From an uncultured Candidatus Binatia bacterium (GTDB lineage: Bacteria; Desulfobacterota; Binatia; UBA9968; JAJDTQ01), in the NCBI GenBank assembly GCA_965213675.1, contig OZ243916.1:192001-256000 (forward strand): a stretch of DNA of 64,000 nt, given 5' to 3'. The position numbers were made by a program, and so were the translations under genes. The notes under the pieces are model-generated. The model was not told the origin of the DNA and ran no database searches. It worked only from the letters and a program-made list of their open reading frames with translations. Below are positions 58,850 to 64,000 of the stretch, piece after piece (position 1 is the first letter of the stretch; each line of letters starts with the position of its first letter).

Positions 58850-60424
58850 TTACCGCCCGGTGCGCGCCAGGGAGTGCACCCAGCCCTGCATCCGGGACTT
58901 CGCGTTGGCGATGTCCTTGTCGCTGAAGAAGTTCTTGAGGTCCACCTTCTCCACCGCGTACACCGGGCGCAGGAAGTCGCTCTCGTAGCCAAAGGGCACG
59001 GTGGCGTCGATGCCCATGCCGCCTTCGAACACGGTATTGGAGGCCGTCCATTGCTGGTCGCCGGCGGTCATGCGCTCGGCCGGCATGAAGGTCTGGCCGC
59101 GGCCTCCGGGAATCGGATTGAGGATGTCGGTCCTGGGATTCACCCGGGTGGTAAGGCACCACATGATGTCGTCCATGTCGTAGATGTCGGTGTCCTCGCT
59201 GGCGGCCACCACCAGGCGGGAGCCCTGGGAGGTGGACAGGATGGCCGACATGAAGTTCCGCTGCCAGCCTTCCTCGATGCGGTTGCGCTTTTTCACCTGG
59301 ATGATGGCGCCGCCCCAGTCGGTCATGCAGTAGGGGATGTTCACGTCCTGGATGATGCCCGGCTGCATGCGCTCGCACAGCAGGTACATGCACGCCTCGC
59401 GCACGGTGGTGTCGATGTTGTGGTCGTCCAGGGTGTGGACGCCCAACGGGAAGATGATGGGCTTGCCCTCGCGTGCGCGCGTGGTCACCGCGGTGACGTG
59501 GAAGGTGGGCGCCTTGTAGGCCTTGCCCATGTAGCCGGCCCACTCCGGATGGAAGTGGAAGCGGCCCTGGATGTCGGCCTTCTCGGACTCCTCGGTCTCG
59601 TAGCGCCGGTCGCGGGGATCGACGTAACCCTCCAGCACCACCTCGCAGTCCGCCAGCGCCAGCGCGTCCACGGTTTTGGCCTTGACCACGCGCACCGGCG
59701 AGCCCTGCACCGCGCCGGCCACGCCCAACTCGTCGCAGCCCTGGGGCAGCACCACATAGTCGAAGCCGGCCCCCGCGAGCAGCGTGCAGGAAGGCGGCAC
59801 CCCGAAGCACATGGTGATGGGCACGGGTTTGTCCGCCTTGTAGTACTTGGACACCACCTGCCACATGTGCGATCCCGGCGAAATCTGAAAGGTGGCGACA
59901 TTGCCCCAGCGAAAGTTCATGCGGTTGTAGCCCAGGTCGGTGCCGCCGTCGAAGTGCTCGCCGGAAATGAGCCGGTTGCCCGAGCCCACGGTCAGTTCCG
60001 GCTCGTACTCGGTGTGCCGGATGGGCAGCATGTACTCGTTGACTTCCTTGGGGTCCTTGATGATCTCCTCGTGGACCGGCGCGTCCTCGGAGCTCACCTC
60101 CACCGGGGGGATCTGGTTCTTGATGGCGTCGGCGAGCTTGCGCGTGCGGTCGGTGTGGCTCTCCCAGCCGAACATCTTGTTGATCACGCCCATGTCGCCG
60201 AACAGGTTGGTCACCGCCCGGTGGTGCGGCTTGCCCTTGACGTTGTGGAACAGGATCGGGCAGCCGCCGTCCAGGTTCTTCTGGATCGCGGTGATTTCGA
60301 GGTCGGGGTCCACCTCCTTGTCCGTCTCGATCAGGTCGCCTTCCGCCTTGAGCCACTCAAGCGCGTTCCTGAGATCGTGGATCTGCTCGGCCGCGGCCCG
60401 CTGTTTCGTCTCTGCTTTCGCCAT
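58850..60424 (-). CDS. UbiD-family decarboxylase, phthaloyl-CoA decarboxylase-like
   Basis: GYNRMNFRWGNV, FQISPGSHMWQV, FHFHPEWAGYMGKAYKAPTFHVTA, IPYCMTDWGG, C-terminal SLARTGR, recalled as hallmarks of PhtDa/PCD. Confidence 0.85.
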   Translation of the reverse strand: MAKAETKQRAAAEQIHDLRNALEWLKAEGDLIETDKEVDPDLEITAIQKNLDGGCPILFHNVKGKPHHRAVTNLFGDMGVINKMFGWESHTDRTRKLADAIKNQIPPVEVSSEDAPVHEEIIKDPKEVNEYMLPIRHTEYEPELTVGSGNRLISGEHFDGGTDLGYNRMNFRWGNVATFQISPGSHMWQVVSKYYKADKPVPITMCFGVPPSCTLLAGAGFDYVVLPQGCDELGVAGAVQGSPVRVVKAKTVDALALADCEVVLEGYVDPRDRRYETEESEKADIQGRFHFHPEWAGYMGKAYKAPTFHVTAVTTRAREGKPIIFPLGVHTLDDHNIDTTVREACMYLLCERMQPGIIQDVNIPYCMTDWGGAIIQVKKRNRIEEGWQRNFMSAILSTSQGSRLVVAASEDTDIYDMDDIMWCLTTRVNPRTDILNPIPGGRGQTFMPAERMTAGDQQWTASNTVFEGGMGIDATVPFGYESDFLRPVYAVEKVDLKNFFSDKDIANAKSRMQGWVHSLARTGR

Positions 60425-60761
60425 TTCCTGCTCCTCTTGTGTGGTTTATGGTTGAACGAATACGCTGCTTTGGATGTCCCCGTTCGTGCGGGATGCCCCC
60501 CGGTGGGTCCTGGTGACTCGCCGACGGCGGAAAGCTTTTGGGCAATTCTGCAAAGGAATGCGTCAGACTGGGCACACTGTTCACGAGCGGAGTCAGTAAA
60601 AGTTATCGAAAGGCGCGGGCGGTGTCAACCTCCGTGGCAGCGCGCGGCCCGGTGATGGGTCAAACCACCGGTTGGATCAGGCGCGGCCGTAAACCCCCGG
60701 TTCGATGTTCATCCTGCACGGGCTGTAGGGTCCCGGTTGTGCGCGGCTCCGGCTCGTGGCC

Positions 60762-62033
60762 TCAGCTTTCCGGGCGGAAGCGGCGCTTCCAGATCATGCT
60801 GACCTGAATGCTCGCGTAGGCCATGGCGAAGGCGACGAGTCCGACCATCCAGGCGTACTGGTAGGAACCGGAGACATCGTAGGCGTATCCGCCGAACCAC
60901 GACCCCAACGCCACGCCGATGCCGAAGGTGATCTCCAGGAAACCCAGGATGGTGCCGACGTTCGTGCCCCCGAAGATGTCCGTGATGGTGGAGCCGAAGG
61001 TGGGGTTGCCGGCGCTGTGGCCCACGCCGTAAAGGACGGCAAACGTCACGAACCACCAGGCGGAAGTCTCCGCCCGAAGCGTCATGAGCACGGCGATGCC
61101 GCCCAGGGTGACCAGGGTGCCGAGGCGGTAGGCGTGGTCACGGCCGAAGCGGTCCGAGGCGAAGCCCCAGATGGCCGTTCCCGGAATGCGCGCCAGCCCC
61201 ACGAGGCTGAAGACGTTGGCGGCGGCCTGTTTTCCCAACCCCACGTGGACCAGGTGCGCCACCGCGTGGGTGTACATGAGCGAAAGGCCGGTGCCGAGCG
61301 CCAGATGTCCCAGGGCGATGGACCAGAAAGGGAAGGAGGACAAGGCCGCCTTCAGGGTCCAGTCGCGGCGGCCGGCGCGCGCGGTCTGTCCGTGGCTGCC
61401 AGCGTCCACGGACGGCGGCGTTGCCGCGGCGCCGCCGTCGGGTAGCTGGCCCACGTCCTCGGGGCGGCGGCGCTGGAACACCGCGTTCAGCGGCGCCACC
61501 GTGGCCAGCACCACGACCCCAAGGACGACGAAGGCGGTGGGCCAACCTTGCTGGCCGATCAACGCCTGCACCGCCGGCACCAGCAGGATGCCGATGCCGA
61601 GCCCCATGGTGGCGAAACCCATGGCGGTTGCCCGGCGGCGGCGGAACCAGTGGGACAACAGGGCGGTACTGCTGACGAATCCCACGCAGCCGATGCCGAG
61701 TCCCACCAGCAGCCCGTAGGAGAGGTAGAAGTGCCAGAGGTTGGCGCTGGCGCCCGAAAGGAGCAGGCCGGCGCCGATCAGGAGGGCGCCGCAGGGCATC
61801 AGGATGCGCGGCCCCAGCCGGTCGTACAGCCAGCCCACCAGCGGCGAGGAGGCGCTGTAGAAGAAGCCGTTGACCGAGGCGATGGAGCCTGTCACCGCGC
61901 GCGACCAGGGAAACGTTTCCAGGAGGGCGATATTGAAGACGCTGAACGAGGCCAGGATGCCGCGCATCAGCATCATGTTGACGAAGCACAGGGCGACGAT
62001 GACGTAGCCGTAGAAGAAGGGGCGGCGGGCCAT
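60762..62033 (-). CDS. MFS transporter (OFA/MCT-like)
   Basis: FFYGY, GWLYDRLGPR, WFRRRRATAMG, GFASDRFGR. Confidence 0.92.
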   Translation of the reverse strand: MARRPFFYGYVIVALCFVNMMLMRGILASFSVFNIALLETFPWSRAVTGSIASVNGFFYSASSPLVGWLYDRLGPRILMPCGALLIGAGLLLSGASANLWHFYLSYGLLVGLGIGCVGFVSSTALLSHWFRRRRATAMGFATMGLGIGILLVPAVQALIGQQGWPTAFVVLGVVVLATVAPLNAVFQRRRPEDVGQLPDGGAAATPPSVDAGSHGQTARAGRRDWTLKAALSSFPFWSIALGHLALGTGLSLMYTHAVAHLVHVGLGKQAAANVFSLVGLARIPGTAIWGFASDRFGRDHAYRLGTLVTLGGIAVLMTLRAETSAWWFVTFAVLYGVGHSAGNPTFGSTITDIFGGTNVGTILGFLEITFGIGVALGSWFGGYAYDVSGSYQYAWMVGLVAFAMAYASIQVSMIWKRRFRPES

Positions 62034-62045
62034 GGCGTGGCGGTC

Positions 62046-62972
62046 TCAGATATGCGGCAGGGCTTCCTCGGCGAACTGTTGCATCTGCTCCAGCCGGTCA
62101 GGCCAGCGCGGCACCATGAACTGGAGCGCCAGGTGCTCCACGCCGGCATCGCGGTAGCGCCCGATGGCTTCCACGAGCTGGGCCGTGGTGCCCGCGAGAC
62201 GGTCCGGTTCCTGGGGCGCGGCCGCGCGGGTGACCTCGACGGGCAGGCAACAGTTGAGCCGCAGGCTCTCGGGGTCGCGTCCAGCCGCCTCTGCATGGCG
62301 CCGGGCGTTGTCGAAGCGCGCGGCCAGTTCGTCCGGCCGGATGCGCACGAAGTAGGGAAACCAGGCGTCGCCGTAGCGCCCGGCGCGGCGTTGGGCGTAC
62401 TCGCCCTCGCCGCCGACCCAGACGGGGATTCCCCCCGCACGGCACGGCTTGGGCAGGAAGGCGATGTCCTCGAATTCGTAGAACTCGCCGGAGAAGCTCG
62501 CGTGTTCGGCGTTCCATATCTCTTTCAGCAGCCGGAGTTGCTCGTCGGTGCGGCGTCCCCGGTCTCGGAACGGCGCCTGAAGGGCGCGGAACTCCTCCTC
62601 CATCCATCCGACGCCCACGCCCAAGGTGAATCGTCCGTTGGACAGGTGGTCCAGGGTGACGGCGATCTTGGCCCACACCAAGGGTTGCCGGTAGGGCAGC
62701 ACCAGCACGCTGATGCCCAACTCCACCCGGCTGGTGCAGGCGGCCAGAAAGGTCAGGCAGGTGAGGGAGTCGAGAAACGGCCGGTCCGGCGGCACGATGA
62801 ACGTGCCGCCCCTGGCGTAGGGATAGTTCGTGTTGATGCGCCAGGGGATGATGATGCGGTCCGCCGCCCAGATTGAGTCGAAACCCCACGCTTCCGCGCT
62901 CTGGGCTGCCTGACGCAGGGTCTCGGGAGTGGCGGCGCGTCCCGAGATGGGTAGAAAAACACCGGTTTTCGT
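62046..62972 (-). CDS. LLM-class F420/flavin-dependent oxidoreductase (apparent ACG start)
   Basis: Frame extends 59 codons beyond the ORF track: (ACG)KTGVFLPISG...AEAWGFDSIWAADRIIIP; LDHLSNGRFTLGVGVGWMEEEF, PVWVGG. Confidence 0.88.
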   Translation of the reverse strand, partial: TKTGVFLPISGRAATPETLRQAAQSAEAWGFDSIWAADRIIIPWRINTNYPYARGGTFIVPPDRPFLDSLTCLTFLAACTSRVELGISVLVLPYRQPLVWAKIAVTLDHLSNGRFTLGVGVGWMEEEFRALQAPFRDRGRRTDEQLRLLKEIWNAEHASFSGEFYEFEDIAFLPKPCRAGGIPVWVGGEGEYAQRRAGRYGDAWFPYFVRIRPDELAARFDNARRHAEAAGRDPESLRLNCCLPVEVTRAAAPQEPDRLAGTTAQLVEAIGRYRDAGVEHLALQFMVPRWPDRLEQMQQFAEEALPHI

Positions 62973-63014
62973 GGCGTGGCTCCGTTCGAAGGGAAGTCCG
63001 CGGGGAATGGGACA

Positions 63015-63044
63015 CTAGTAGCCGAACGCCGGCGGGAGTGTCAA
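63015..63044 (-). promoter_or_regulatory. Putative sigma70 promoter for the LLM gene
   Basis: TTGACA-N18-TACTAG on the minus strand. Confidence 0.4.
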
Positions 63045-63071
63045 ACCACCCTGGGCACAGGCAACTCCTGG

Positions 63072-63100
63072 TTGACGGGTCCACGCAAAGCGGCTACAGC
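63072..63100 (+). promoter_or_regulatory. Putative sigma70 promoter for the TPP-enzyme gene
   Basis: TTGACG-N17-TACAGC. Confidence 0.4.
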
Positions 63101-63186
63101 TTTGCTACGTCGCGCGCCGGGCCGGAAGCCTCCCGTGTGCGCCGCTCGTACGCGCCATCTTACACACGGAGGGGAGAACACCAACC

Positions 63187-64000
63187 ATGGCAGAGGCCAG
63201 CAGGACGGAGAAGAAACAAGCCGAGTACGGATCCGACGTGGTCGTCGACATGCTCAAGGCGTTCGACATCGAGTACACCGCGTTCAACCCTGGGGCGAGT
63301 TTTCGCGGCATCCACGATTCCATCGTCAACTACGGCGGCAACCATCACCCCGAGGTGATCTTCTGCTGTCACGAAGAGATCTCGGTGGCCATTTCCCACG
63401 GCTACGCCAAGGCCACGGGCAAGCCCATGGTGGCCATCCTGCACGACGTGGTGGGACTCCAGCACGGCAGCATGGGCATATTCAACGCTTGGTGCGACCG
63501 GGTGCCGGTCATCTGCCTGGGCGGCACCGGCCCGGTGGACACCACCATCCGGCGCCCGTGGATCGACTGGATCCACACCGCGCTGACCCAAGGCAACCAG
63601 GTGCGCGATTACACCAAGTGGGACGATCAGCCGGCCACGCTGGAGAGCATCCCCGAGTCGTTCATCCGCGGCTATCGCCTGGCGGTCACCGAGCCCACCG
63701 CGCCGGTGTACATCAACTACGACGCCGGCCTGCAGGAAATGGCCATGTCCAAGCAGATCGAGATCCCGGACGTGAGCCGGTTCGCGCCCCAGGCGCCGGT
63801 GCAGGGACACCCGGACGCCATGCGCCGGGCGGCGGAGCTGCTGGCGGGGGCCAAGGCGCCGCTCATCATCGCCGACTTCATGGGGCGCAAGCCCGCCGCG
63901 GTGGCGGCCCTCGCGGAGCTGGCGGAACTCCTGGCGATCCCGGTCATCGACAAGGGCAACCGCCACAATATCGCCAACACGCATCCGCTGGACGTGACCA
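63187..64000 (+). CDS. Thiamine-pyrophosphate-binding enzyme (acetolactate synthase-like); runs off the right edge
   Basis: Manual translation MAEASRTEKKQAEYGSDVVVDML...NPGASFRGIHDS...CHEEISVAISHGYAKATGKP...YTKWDDQP. Confidence 0.9.
   Translation, partial: MAEASRTEKKQAEYGSDVVVDMLKAFDIEYTAFNPGASFRGIHDSIVNYGGNHHPEVIFCCHEEISVAISHGYAKATGKPMVAILHDVVGLQHGSMGIFNAWCDRVPVICLGGTGPVDTTIRRPWIDWIHTALTQGNQVRDYTKWDDQPATLESIPESFIRGYRLAVTEPTAPVYINYDAGLQEMAMSKQIEIPDVSRFAPQAPVQGHPDAMRRAAELLAGAKAPLIIADFMGRKPAAVAALAELAELLAIPVIDKGNRHNIANTHPLDVT

Overview
GC-rich bacterial window. Gene content suggests a deltaproteobacterial/Binatia-like, possibly host-associated organism (inference only). It is mostly metabolic genes: a split MoxR/DUF58/BatA-vWA/DUF4159/DUF4175 operon, an EutA-like protein, two UbiD decarboxylases (one strongly resembling phthaloyl-CoA decarboxylase), ileS-lspA, a class III CoA-transferase pair, a TAXI-TRAP transporter, metH, LLM monooxygenases, pepP and a phosphosugar mutase. 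A partly lower-GC accessory island at about 20.5-28.0 kb holds the best candidate for an undescribed system: an HlyD adaptor coupled to a TauD-like Fe/2OG oxygenase, followed by a Gly/Ala-rich bacteriocin-like peptide gene with a damaged leader and a 4-TM immunity-like gene. Next to it are a Slam-type surface lipoprotein metalloprotease, a broken Slam gene and nested IS5/IS21/IS3 remnants. A CTAG-targeted ~160-bp MITE family recurs. There are several short tandem arrays in gene leaders and two apparent non-canonical start codons (CTG, ACG). No tRNA, rRNA or CRISPR array was seen. All family assignments come from motif recognition, not database searches.
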